Under the pieces are notes generated by a model. That model was not told the origin of the DNA and made no database searches. It saw nothing but the letters and a program-made list of their open reading frames with translations. The translations under genes and the position numbers were made by a program. Of a stretch of DNA of 64,000 bases, positions 35,966 through 44,568 are shown in pieces; position 1 is the first letter of the stretch; each line of letters starts with the position of its first letter. This DNA is from Bacteroidota bacterium (GTDB taxonomy: Bacteria > Bacteroidota > Bacteroidia > Chitinophagales > LD1), in the NCBI GenBank assembly GCA_947476645.1, contig CANJRM010000002.1, positions 189-64,188 on the forward strand. The letters run 5' to 3'.

Positions 35966-36053
35966 TTAGCGAAGAAGCAAAATTGTATTCAACTCGCAAC
36001 TCGTAACCATCAACTTGCAACTATTTATATTTTCGCCACCACACAGAAACATT

Positions 36054-37589
36054 ATGAGCAGAAGAGTAAGAGTTCGATTTGCACCATCACCTACAGGTCC
36101 TTTACATCCGGGAGGAATTCGCACAGCCTTGTATAATTATTTATTGGCGAAACAATTGGGAGGCGATTTTATTTTGCGCGTAGAAGACACTGACCAAAAT
36201 CGTTTTGTTCCGGGTGCTGAAGAATTTATCATCAGTGCGTTGAAGTGGTGCGGCATTGAGCCAAACGAAGGCGTTGGTTTTGGTGATGGACCTCATGCGC
36301 CTTACCGTCAAAGTGAGCGTAAACATTTGTATCGTGAGTATGCCGACAAACTTTTAGCCAGCGGAAATGCGTATTACGCTTTCGATACCGAAGAAGACAT
36401 TGAAAAAATGCGAACTGATTTGCAAGCGCAGGGAAATCCTAGTCCATCTTACAATTCGATTACACGGCAGTATATGAAGAACTCGCTTCATCTTCCACAA
36501 GATGAAGTGGAGAAGCGTTTAGCCAGCGGTGCACCTTATGTGATTCGTTTTAAAATGCCACGCAATGAAGAGGTAAAATTTTATGATGAAATACGCGAGT
36601 GGGTATCGTTCAACACTTCGCAATTAGCCGATGCAGTTTTGCTGAAGAGTGATGGAATGCCTACCTATCACTTAGCCAACGTGAGCGATGATTACATGAT
36701 GCAGATAACGCACGTTATTCGCGGAGAAGAATGGTTGAGCTCTGCGCCATTGCATGTGTTGTTGTATCGCGCGCTCGGTATTGAAGATGTAATGCCGAAG
36801 TTCGCGCACTTGCCTTTGTTGTTGAAGCCTGATGGGAATGGAAAGCTGAGCAAACGCGATGGCGATCGTTTAGGATTTCCTTTTTACGCTATCAATTGGA
36901 AGAGTGTAGAAACCGGAGAAATAAATGAAGGCTACCGCGAAAAGGGATTTTTTCCTGAAGCGTTTATGAATTTTCTGGTGTTGCTTGGATGGAATCCGGG
37001 TGATAACAGAGAGGTGTTGAGCATGGAAGAAATGATTCAGCTTTTCAGTTTAGCTAAAGTCCACAAGGCAGGTGCACGCTACGATTACGAAAAGGCAAAA
37101 TGGTTCAATCATCACTATTTGAAAGCTAAAGGCGATGAAGAATTAGCGAACATTATTAAAGAGCAAATTATTGCCAAGGGTTACGAGTTCAATTTCGATT
37201 ACGCGAAAGAGTTTTGCCGTTTAATGAAAGAGCGCGCTACGTTTACAAACGACTTGCTCGAAATGGGTTATTACTTTTTTGAAGACATAAAAGTTTACGA
37301 TACTGAAACAATTAAAAAGAAATACAGTAAAGAAAATCGTGCGCGTTTCGATTCGGTGATAGAGGTTGTTAATTCTGTTTCCGATTTTAAAACAACCGAA
37401 ATTGAAAAGACGATAAAAGATTTTACCACAGCTAACGCAATTAAGATTGGAGAAATTATGCCTGTGTTGCGTTTGGCATTGGCAGGAACCATGCAGGGAC
37501 CTCCGGTGTTTGACATGATGAATTTGCTGGGAAAAGAAAAATCGGTGGAGCGTTTAAAAAAATCGTTCAATTATTTTGATTCATTATAA
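36054..37589 (+). CDS. gltX: glutamate--tRNA ligase
   Basis: Start at the ATG at 36054 (MSRRVRVRFAPSPTGPLHPGG, HIGH-type motif). KLSKR (KMSKS-type) motif. Length ~511 aa. Confidence 0.95.
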   Translation: MSRRVRVRFAPSPTGPLHPGGIRTALYNYLLAKQLGGDFILRVEDTDQNRFVPGAEEFIISALKWCGIEPNEGVGFGDGPHAPYRQSERKHLYREYADKLLASGNAYYAFDTEEDIEKMRTDLQAQGNPSPSYNSITRQYMKNSLHLPQDEVEKRLASGAPYVIRFKMPRNEEVKFYDEIREWVSFNTSQLADAVLLKSDGMPTYHLANVSDDYMMQITHVIRGEEWLSSAPLHVLLYRALGIEDVMPKFAHLPLLLKPDGNGKLSKRDGDRLGFPFYAINWKSVETGEINEGYREKGFFPEAFMNFLVLLGWNPGDNREVLSMEEMIQLFSLAKVHKAGARYDYEKAKWFNHHYLKAKGDEELANIIKEQIIAKGYEFNFDYAKEFCRLMKERATFTNDLLEMGYYFFEDIKVYDTETIKKKYSKENRARFDSVIEVVNSVSDFKTTEIEKTIKDFTTANAIKIGEIMPVLRLALAGTMQGPPVFDMMNLLGKEKSVERLKKSFNYFDSL

Positions 37590-37702
37590 AATTGGTTTTA
37601 CCTTTCATATTGAAAATAAATTCCACTAAAAATTTCCCAATCCGCTTTACTTCATATTACATTTACCATAAAATCTTTTAACCCTTTTAAAAACTGAAAC
37701 CT

Positions 37703-38098
37703 ATGGCACGCAAAAAAAAGACAGATGAAGAGGATGAAAAGCCACTAAAGAAATCTGCAGCAAAAAAAGTAGTGGATGATGATGACGATGATATCCCCGT
37801 TAAAGCATCAAAGAAAAAATCGACAGATGATGACGAGGATGAAGACGATTTAGAATTGGAAGATGAAGTAGCATCAACTGACGAAGAGCCGGAAGTTGAG
37901 CCATCGGAAGATGACATCGCCAGCATGGAAGGCATGGAAGAGTTTGAAGATATCATTGAAAAAAAATCGTCAGGCAAAGGAAGAAAAGCTACTAAGCAGG
38001 ATGAGTATGACGATGAAGACTTCGAAGATTTTGATGATTTTGGTGAAGATGATGAAGATGACTTCGGCAAGACAAGTCCGTTAGATGACGACTATTAA
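37703..38098 (+). CDS. highly acidic low-complexity (Asp/Glu-rich) hypothetical protein
   Basis: 131 aa. Basic N-terminus (MARKKKTDEE) followed by D/E runs. A hairpin terminator follows on the plus strand, which supports this strand over the Ser-rich antisense ORF. Confidence 0.5.
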   Translation: MARKKKTDEEDEKPLKKSAAKKVVDDDDDDIPVKASKKKSTDDDEDEDDLELEDEVASTDEEPEVEPSEDDIASMEGMEEFEDIIEKKSSGKGRKATKQDEYDDEDFEDFDDFGEDDEDDFGKTSPLDDDY

Positions 38099-38106
38099 AA
38101 AGTAGT

Positions 38107-38158
38107 AAATGGTGAATAGTTAGTGGTAATACAACATAACTGTTCACCATTTTTCTTT
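38107..38158 (+). terminator. hairpin terminator after the acidic-protein gene
   Basis: AAATGGTGAA ... TTCACCATTT (10-bp arms, 26-nt loop) followed by TTCTTTC. Confidence 0.5.
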
Positions 38159-38180
38159 CATGGAAGTTGAAAGATGGTTC

Positions 38181-38229
38181 TTGAATTTAATCGGTGTAAT
38201 CAAATGTCTTTATCTGTGAAATCATTGCG
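38181..38229 (+). repeat. start-proximal repeat element (TTGAATTTAATCGGTGTAATCA...CTTTATCTGTGAAATC)
   Basis: Shares ~30 of 37 nt with 23234-23270 and the TTGAATTTA prefix with 52111-52150. Lies 37 nt upstream of the ATG at 38266. Confidence 0.7.
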
Positions 38230-38265
38230 AAGCATAAAAATCCTTTCCGCTTAATTAAGAAGTAA

Positions 38266-38673
38266 ATGAAAAGACCAATCAGAATTCTTGTGGCTAAAGT
38301 GGGACTTGACGGACACGACCGCGGAGCAAAAGTGATTGCTTCGGCTTTGCGCGATGCGGGCATGGAAGTAATTTATACAGGCTTGCGCCAAACGCCCGAA
38401 ATGGTGGTTACCTCAGCTTTGCAGGAAGATGTAGACGCAATTGGTATTTCTATTTTAAGCGGAGCGCACAATACGGTTTTTCCGAAAGTGCTCGCGCTCA
38501 TGAAACAAAAAGGCATGAATGATGTGTTGCTTACAGGTGGTGGCATTATTCCCGATGATGATATGCAACAGCTTCGCGCCAACGGTTGCGGAGAGCTTTT
38601 CCCTCCCGGCACACCTACTGCGCAAATAGCAGGATACATTCAAAACTGGGTGAAAGAACACCGCAGTTTTTAG
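38266..38673 (+). CDS. cobalamin (B12)-binding domain protein, methylmalonyl-CoA mutase small-subunit-like
   Basis: 135 aa. [19 protein letters not shown] contains the DxHxxG B12-binding signature. SILSGAH and GGGIIP motifs are also present. Confidence 0.85.
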   Translation: MKRPIRILVAKVGLDGHDRGAKVIASALRDAGMEVIYTGLRQTPEMVVTSALQEDVDAIGISILSGAHNTVFPKVLALMKQKGMNDVLLTGGGIIPDDDMQQLRANGCGELFPPGTPTAQIAGYIQNWVKEHRSF

Positions 38674-38754
38674 CCCCAAAAACTTTTTTTCGAAACAGTG
38701 TAACCTTTTCCGGAACTCTGCCGTAAAAGAAGATACCATAGTGCTTAAGTTTAA

Positions 38755-38790
38755 AAGAGTCGGGGGTCAGGGCCCGGCTCTTTTTATTTT
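38755..38790 (+). terminator. intrinsic terminator
   Basis: AAGAGTCGGG-GGTCAGGG-CCCGGCTCTT: 10-bp stem (one G-U pair) followed by TTTTATTTT. Confidence 0.7.
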
Positions 38791-38852
38791 GTACCTATCC
38801 CACTCCTTCCACAATATTTTCCGCCTTCCGTCATTATACTTTCTTTACAACG

Positions 38853-41800
38853 GTGAATCGTTTCAAGATAGTTACGCGCATATTACTTGCATTGCTCCTT
38901 AGCCAGAGCCAATGGTCAACGGTCAATGCTCAATCTCTTTCAAACATTCGCTTCAAAAATTTTTCTACTAAAAGCGATACGCTACTACTCGACAGCTTGA
39001 GTGTGGTGCCAAATACGATTGCGGTGCGAAGCAGCGGAAATGAAATTTTAGATTCTTCTGCTTACATCATCAAAGCATTTGAATCGAAATTGATTTGGAA
39101 GAAAAAGCCGACTACTGATTCAGTGAAAATATTTTTTCGCGTGTATCCGTTTGCGCTGGCACACGAAACTTATAACAAGAGCTATCAGAAATATTTAGAT
39201 GCCAATTCCAACACCATCGTTCGTCCATTCATTTACAACCCCGATGAAGAAGGAACTAAACTGATTGACTTCGGAAGCCTGGACTACAACGGAAGTTTTG
39301 CTCGAAGCATTGCTTTTGGTAGCAATCAGGATGTGGTGCTCAATTCGCTTTTCAATTTGCAGTTGAGCGGTATGCTCACCAAAGATTTAGAAATTACGGC
39401 TGCCATCACCGATAGTAATATTCCCATTCAACCCGAAGGCAACACGCAACAGATTCAGGAGTTCGACAAAATTTTTATTCAGATACGCAAAGACCAGCAC
39501 AAGATAATTGTGGGCGATTTTGATTTGTATAATCCCGAGAAAGATTATTTCATGAAGTTTTCTAAAAAATATCAGGGCGGAAGTTACAGCGGCTCGTTTG
39601 ATGTAAAAAAAGTGGGCGTGGTAAAAACAGCGGTTGCCGGTGGAATTTCGAAAGGAAAATTTGCGCGCAATACACTCGTGGTAAAAGAAGGCAATCAAGG
39701 ACCTTATAAATTATCAGGGGCAAATGGCGAAACCTACATTGTGATTTTAGCAAACAGCGAAGAGGTATTTATTAATGGAGCTAAAATGGAACGCGGTGCT
39801 AATCGCGATTACATTATTGATTACAACCTTGGCGAAATAACTTTTATGCCGCGCAGAGTAATTTCAAAAGACCTGCGCATTGTGGTGGAGTTTGAATACA
39901 GCGACAGAAATTATTTGCGCTCGGCCGCTTTTGTAAATACCGAATTGCTGACCAAACATGCCGATGTGCATTTTAGTCTTTACAGCGAGCAGGACAGCAA
40001 AAATCAAAGCGTGCAGCAAAGTTTAAATGCCGATAAAAAACTTTTTCTCTCTACTCTTGGTGACAGCGTTCAAAATGCATTTTACAAAGGTTGGGACAGT
40101 GTAACCTATGATGCCAATCGTGTTTTGTATGAAAAAAAGGATACGCTACTCGATTCGCTCTACACTATTTTCATTTACTCTACCGATACCACCAAAGCAA
40201 AATACTCAGTCAACTTCACTTACAAGGGCGATGGAAACGGAAATTATTATCTCTCTTCTTCTACGGCTAACGGAAGGGTCTATCAATGGGTGGCACCATA
40301 CATTGACAGCACCGGAAAAAAATATTTGCAGGGCTCTTATGAGCCCGTAATTTTTCTGGTTACTCCAAAGTATCAGCAGATGTATGAAGTAGGTGCCGAT
40401 TTCAGAATCAATAAATCGAACACGCTCTCTACCTCATTAGCTATGAGCAACACCGACCCGAATATGTTTTCGACTAAGGACAATAATTCGCATCTCGGTT
40501 TTGCAGCACGCGCAAATTATCACGGTGCAGTGGTTACTAAAAACGATTCGGTGCGAAGAAAAAATCAGAGCATCATTTATGATTTAAATTACGAGTTCAT
40601 TCAAAATAAATTCAACACCATTGAACGATTCAGAAACGTTGAATTCAATCGCGACTGGAATTTGACCACACAGGAAAAAAGATACAACGAACATCTCGGC
40701 ACAGCATCAGTCGGTTATTTGTGGAATGGTTTGGGCACTATCAATTATCGTTTCAAAACCTTTATTCAGGATTCTGTTTATCGCGGTTTTGAAAACGGTT
40801 TCAATGGAAATTTTTCGAAGAATGGGTTCAATTTGTCTTTCGCCAACTCCTATTTGAATTCTTCTTCCACTACCAACAAATCAAACTACATACGTCCGAA
40901 AGCAGATTTGTTTTACGCCTCACAAAAGATGAATGGCTGGCGAGTAGGTGTGTTGTATGACCATGAAATAAACATGCTCAAAAACAAAAATGCCGATACA
41001 CTTTCTTCGAATAGTTACTTGTGGCAGAACTATAAAGTCTATGCCAACAATGCCGATTCATCAGTCAACAAATTCGGTATTGAATTTACCATGCGTTATG
41101 AGCATCGCGCTTTAGGCAACAGTTTTGCCAAGGCATTTTATGGCGCACAGTCTATAAATGTAAACGGGCAAATTAATTCACTAAAGAATCAAATACTTAA
41201 TTACAGTTTCACTTATCGTCACGCAAAGAATCTGGATTCACTCAACACAGCGCAGCCCGAACATTTTTATTTGGGAAGAGTAGATTACAGCTTCACTATT
41301 CTTAAAGGAGTTATTCGCTCAACAACTTTGTATGAAATAGGAACGGGTCGCCAGCAGAAAACACAGGTTATTTATATCGCTTCACCTACTAACCAAGGTG
41401 ATTTTATTTATCCGACTGATGGAGATAAAAATCATAACGGAGTAAAAGATATTTCCGAGTTTGTTCTTCGTCCTACCGGTTTCACTTACGACTCTTCTTA
41501 CTTCCGAACTTTTATTGTTACTCCCGAATTTGTTTCTGTCAACACCAATCAATTCAACGAAGTGCTCAATATAAATCCTGCTGCTGTGTGGAAGAACAAA
41601 GGCGGAGTGCGTGGCTTTGTAGCTAGGTTTAGTTTGTTTGGAAGTATCTCCATCACTAAAAAAACCTTTGCCGAGAAGAATAAAAAGGTGGGCGACTACT
41701 TTAATCCCATTCCATTGAAAAAAGAAAACGACCAGTTGGTTTCTACAGCTATAAGCAGTAGGAATTCACTTTTCTTTAATCGTCTTGACCCTAAGTATGG

Positions 41801-42422
41801 ATTTCAATTTGATTTTAATTACGCGCGCAATCGAACGTTGCTTACTTCCGGTTACGAGAATCGGGCGATACAATCGCAAGGAGTTACTATTCGTTGGAAT
41901 GCTTTCAAATCGTTCAACATTCAAAGCACTTATACCAATGGTATGAAATCGAATCAATCTGATTTCTATAGTGACCTTAAATACCGTTTCACTTATAACG
42001 ATGCCAATTTAGATTTGAGTTATCAGTTCAAAACATTTTTGCGAATTGGTTTAAAATACGATTTCAGCATGAAGGTAAATCCTACCGATTTCGTTGGCAA
42101 ACAAACCGCACAACAACACAAACTCACCTTGCAGGGAAGATACAATCGTCAGGGCAAGAATGCTGTGGAAGCAAATCTTTCTTATGCTTCCATAAAATAC
42201 ATCGACAAAAATTTCCCCAATCAGCAATTGGAGTACGCTATGCTCGAAGGCTTGCGAAACGGAAATAATTTAGTTTGGAATTTGAGTTACTCGCAAACCC
42301 TGCTCAACAATATTCAGCTAACGATTAGTTACGATGGTCGCATGACAGGTTTCACCGCAGGCGATAAATCAACCATGAAACCGATTCACACAGGCAGAGC
42401 AGAAATAAGAGCAGTATTTTAG
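38853..42422 (+). CDS. large predicted outer-membrane beta-barrel protein, unknown function
   Basis: 1189 aa, GTG start, signal peptide (LLALLLSQSQWSTVNAQ). Long region of alternating Tyr/Asn/Ser-rich beta-strand-like segments and a C-terminal ...AEIRAVF ending in Phe, as in OM beta-barrels. No family recognised. Confidence 0.6.
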   Translation: MNRFKIVTRILLALLLSQSQWSTVNAQSLSNIRFKNFSTKSDTLLLDSLSVVPNTIAVRSSGNEILDSSAYIIKAFESKLIWKKKPTTDSVKIFFRVYPFALAHETYNKSYQKYLDANSNTIVRPFIYNPDEEGTKLIDFGSLDYNGSFARSIAFGSNQDVVLNSLFNLQLSGMLTKDLEITAAITDSNIPIQPEGNTQQIQEFDKIFIQIRKDQHKIIVGDFDLYNPEKDYFMKFSKKYQGGSYSGSFDVKKVGVVKTAVAGGISKGKFARNTLVVKEGNQGPYKLSGANGETYIVILANSEEVFINGAKMERGANRDYIIDYNLGEITFMPRRVISKDLRIVVEFEYSDRNYLRSAAFVNTELLTKHADVHFSLYSEQDSKNQSVQQSLNADKKLFLSTLGDSVQNAFYKGWDSVTYDANRVLYEKKDTLLDSLYTIFIYSTDTTKAKYSVNFTYKGDGNGNYYLSSSTANGRVYQWVAPYIDSTGKKYLQGSYEPVIFLVTPKYQQMYEVGADFRINKSNTLSTSLAMSNTDPNMFSTKDNNSHLGFAARANYHGAVVTKNDSVRRKNQSIIYDLNYEFIQNKFNTIERFRNVEFNRDWNLTTQEKRYNEHLGTASVGYLWNGLGTINYRFKTFIQDSVYRGFENGFNGNFSKNGFNLSFANSYLNSSSTTNKSNYIRPKADLFYASQKMNGWRVGVLYDHEINMLKNKNADTLSSNSYLWQNYKVYANNADSSVNKFGIEFTMRYEHRALGNSFAKAFYGAQSINVNGQINSLKNQILNYSFTYRHAKNLDSLNTAQPEHFYLGRVDYSFTILKGVIRSTTLYEIGTGRQQKTQVIYIASPTNQGDFIYPTDGDKNHNGVKDISEFVLRPTGFTYDSSYFRTFIVTPEFVSVNTNQFNEVLNINPAAVWKNKGGVRGFVARFSLFGSISITKKTFAEKNKKVGDYFNPIPLKKENDQLVSTAISSRNSLFFNRLDPKYGFQFDFNYARNRTLLTSGYENRAIQSQGVTIRWNAFKSFNIQSTYTNGMKSNQSDFYSDLKYRFTYNDANLDLSYQFKTFLRIGLKYDFSMKVNPTDFVGKQTAQQHKLTLQGRYNRQGKNAVEANLSYASIKYIDKNFPNQQLEYAMLEGLRNGNNLVWNLSYSQTLLNNIQLTISYDGRMTGFTAGDKSTMKPIHTGRAEIRAVF

Positions 42423-42443
42423 TTTAGCAACAAAGTAATTTCT

Positions 42444-44336
42444 ATGAACCAAATCACCTCTTTCGAACAATACAAAAAGGAATATGTGCGCAGCGTTCAG
42501 CAATCTGAAACATTTTGGAGCGAAGTGGCTGAAAGCTTTTTGTGGCGAAAGAAGTGGGACAAGGTTCTTGATTGGAATTTCACGGAGCCAAAAGTAAAAT
42601 GGTTTGATGGGGCTCAATGCAACATCACCGAGAATTGTTTAGACCGCCATTTAGAAACCAGAGGAAATCAAATCGCTATTATTTGGGAGCCAAATAACCC
42701 GAACGAAAATTTCAGAACACTTACTTACCGCGAATTGCATACAGAAATTTGCCGCTTTGCAAACGCGCTTAAAAACTTAGGCGTAAATCGTGGCGACCGT
42801 GTTTGTATTTATCTGCCTATGGTTCCCGAAGCTGCCGTTGCCATGCTTGCTTGTGCACGTATTGGCGCGGTGCATTCAGTAGTGTTTGCCGGTTTTTCTT
42901 CTTCCTCACTTGCCGATAGAATTAACGACAGTGCTTGTAAAATTTTACTTACAGCCGATGCAGTTTACCGCGGTGAAAAGGAAATTGATTTAAAGAAAAT
43001 TGCTGACGATGCTATGTTGCAAACCCCAAGCATTGAAAAATGTATAGTGCTTAATCATCGCAACTCCGCAGTAGAAATGAAAACCGGAAGAGATATTTTT
43101 TGGAACGATGCGCTTGAAAATATTTCAAACGGAAACGAAGCTGAAAGCATGAATGCCGAAGACCCACTTTTTATTCTTTACACTTCGGGCTCCACCGGAA
43201 AACCAAAAGGGGTGTTACATACCACTGCGGGTTACATGGTTTATTCCGCTTACACTTTTTTGAACGTATTTAACTACAAGGAGAAAGAAATTTTTTTCTG
43301 CACCGCTGATGTGGGCTGGGTAACGGGTCACTCCTACATTGTTTACGGTCCGCTGTTGAATGGAGCCACCACAGTTATGTTTGAAGGTGTTCCTACTCAT
43401 CCCGACCACGGAAAATTTTGGGATATAATAGATAAGCACAGTGTAAATATTTTTTACACCGCACCTACTGCCATTCGTTCGCTTCAAACTTATGGTGAAG
43501 AAATTTTCAAGACAAAAAATCTTTCATCGCTGCGCGTGTTGGGCACAGTGGGAGAACCTATCAACGAAGAAGCATGGCATTGGTATCACAAAAATGTGGG
43601 CAAAGAAAATTGCGACATTGTTGACACCTGGTGGCAAACGGAAACTGGTGGAGTACTCATCTCACCAATCGCTAATGTTACTCCGCTTAAACCTGCGTTT
43701 GCAACTTTGCCGCTTCCAGGTGTTCAACCTGTTTTACTCAACGAAAAAGGAGAGGAGATTGAAGGCAATAATGTAGAAGGGAATCTCTGCATCAAATTTC
43801 CTTGGCCAGGAATGGCACGAACGCTTTATGGCGCGCATGAAAGATTTCGTCAAACTTATTTTTCTAACTATCACGGCTATTATTTTACCGGTGATGGTTG
43901 CCGCAGAGACGAAAACGGTTATTATAGAATTACCGGAAGAGTAGATGACGTTATCAATGTTTCGGGACATAGAATTGGAACAGGCGAAGTGGAAGATGCC
44001 ATTGACGTGCATGAACATGTAATTGAAACGGCAGTGGTGGGTTTCCCTCACGATATAAAAGGACAGGGCATTTATGCTTTTGTCATTTGCGGTAAAAAAA
44101 TTGAGAATGAAGAGGCACTTCGAAATGAAATTAAAAAACACGTAACCGAACGCATTGGTGCTTTTGCAAGACCGGATAAAATTCAAATTGTTTCAGGATT
44201 ACCTAAAACACGCAGCGGAAAAATTATGCGCAGAATACTTCGAAAAATTGCAGAAGGAGATACTTCAAATCTTGGTGATACAACTACATTGCTTGACCCG
44301 AGTGTAGTAGAACAAATTAAGGCAGGAGCACTTTAA
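42444..44336 (+). CDS. acs: acetyl-coenzyme A synthetase
   Basis: 630 aa with ILYTSGSTGKPKGV, YFTGDGCRRDENGYYRITGRVDDVINVSGHR and LPKTRSGKIMRRILRKIA, near-canonical Acs motifs. Confidence 0.95.
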   Translation: MNQITSFEQYKKEYVRSVQQSETFWSEVAESFLWRKKWDKVLDWNFTEPKVKWFDGAQCNITENCLDRHLETRGNQIAIIWEPNNPNENFRTLTYRELHTEICRFANALKNLGVNRGDRVCIYLPMVPEAAVAMLACARIGAVHSVVFAGFSSSSLADRINDSACKILLTADAVYRGEKEIDLKKIADDAMLQTPSIEKCIVLNHRNSAVEMKTGRDIFWNDALENISNGNEAESMNAEDPLFILYTSGSTGKPKGVLHTTAGYMVYSAYTFLNVFNYKEKEIFFCTADVGWVTGHSYIVYGPLLNGATTVMFEGVPTHPDHGKFWDIIDKHSVNIFYTAPTAIRSLQTYGEEIFKTKNLSSLRVLGTVGEPINEEAWHWYHKNVGKENCDIVDTWWQTETGGVLISPIANVTPLKPAFATLPLPGVQPVLLNEKGEEIEGNNVEGNLCIKFPWPGMARTLYGAHERFRQTYFSNYHGYYFTGDGCRRDENGYYRITGRVDDVINVSGHRIGTGEVEDAIDVHEHVIETAVVGFPHDIKGQGIYAFVICGKKIENEEALRNEIKKHVTERIGAFARPDKIQIVSGLPKTRSGKIMRRILRKIAEGDTSNLGDTTTLLDPSVVEQIKAGAL

Positions 44337-44342
44337 GTTTTT

Positions 44343-44555
44343 CTAAATAATACTCGCCAGTGCTTTATGAGCACCATCGCAAATCGGCATTTTTTGACTC
44401 ATGCCACAGCGACAGATAGAAACCTTTTCGCGTTTTTCAAGAATAGTTCCGTCTTCTAAAATTATTTCAAAGCTTCCTGTAATAGTCACAGGACCGCGCG
44501 GTTTCAACTGAATGGTCGCAAAATCTTTTTTCTCTTGTTCGGTATATTCTTCCAT
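44343..44555 (-). CDS. CDGSH iron-sulfur domain-containing protein
   Basis: 70 aa. CRCGMSQKMPICDGAH matches the C-x-C-x2-S-x3-P-x-C-D-G-(S/A)-H signature. Confidence 0.8.
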   Translation of the reverse strand: MEEYTEQEKKDFATIQLKPRGPVTITGSFEIILEDGTILEKREKVSICRCGMSQKMPICDGAHKALASII

Positions 44556-44568
44556 GTGGTTGTTCCGC

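Noticed and set aside
37687-38070. 127-aa Ser-rich minus-strand ORF
   Set aside because: It is the mirror image of the acidic plus-strand ORF (GAx codons read as xTC/Ser on the other strand). The plus-strand hairpin after the stop favours the acidic protein.
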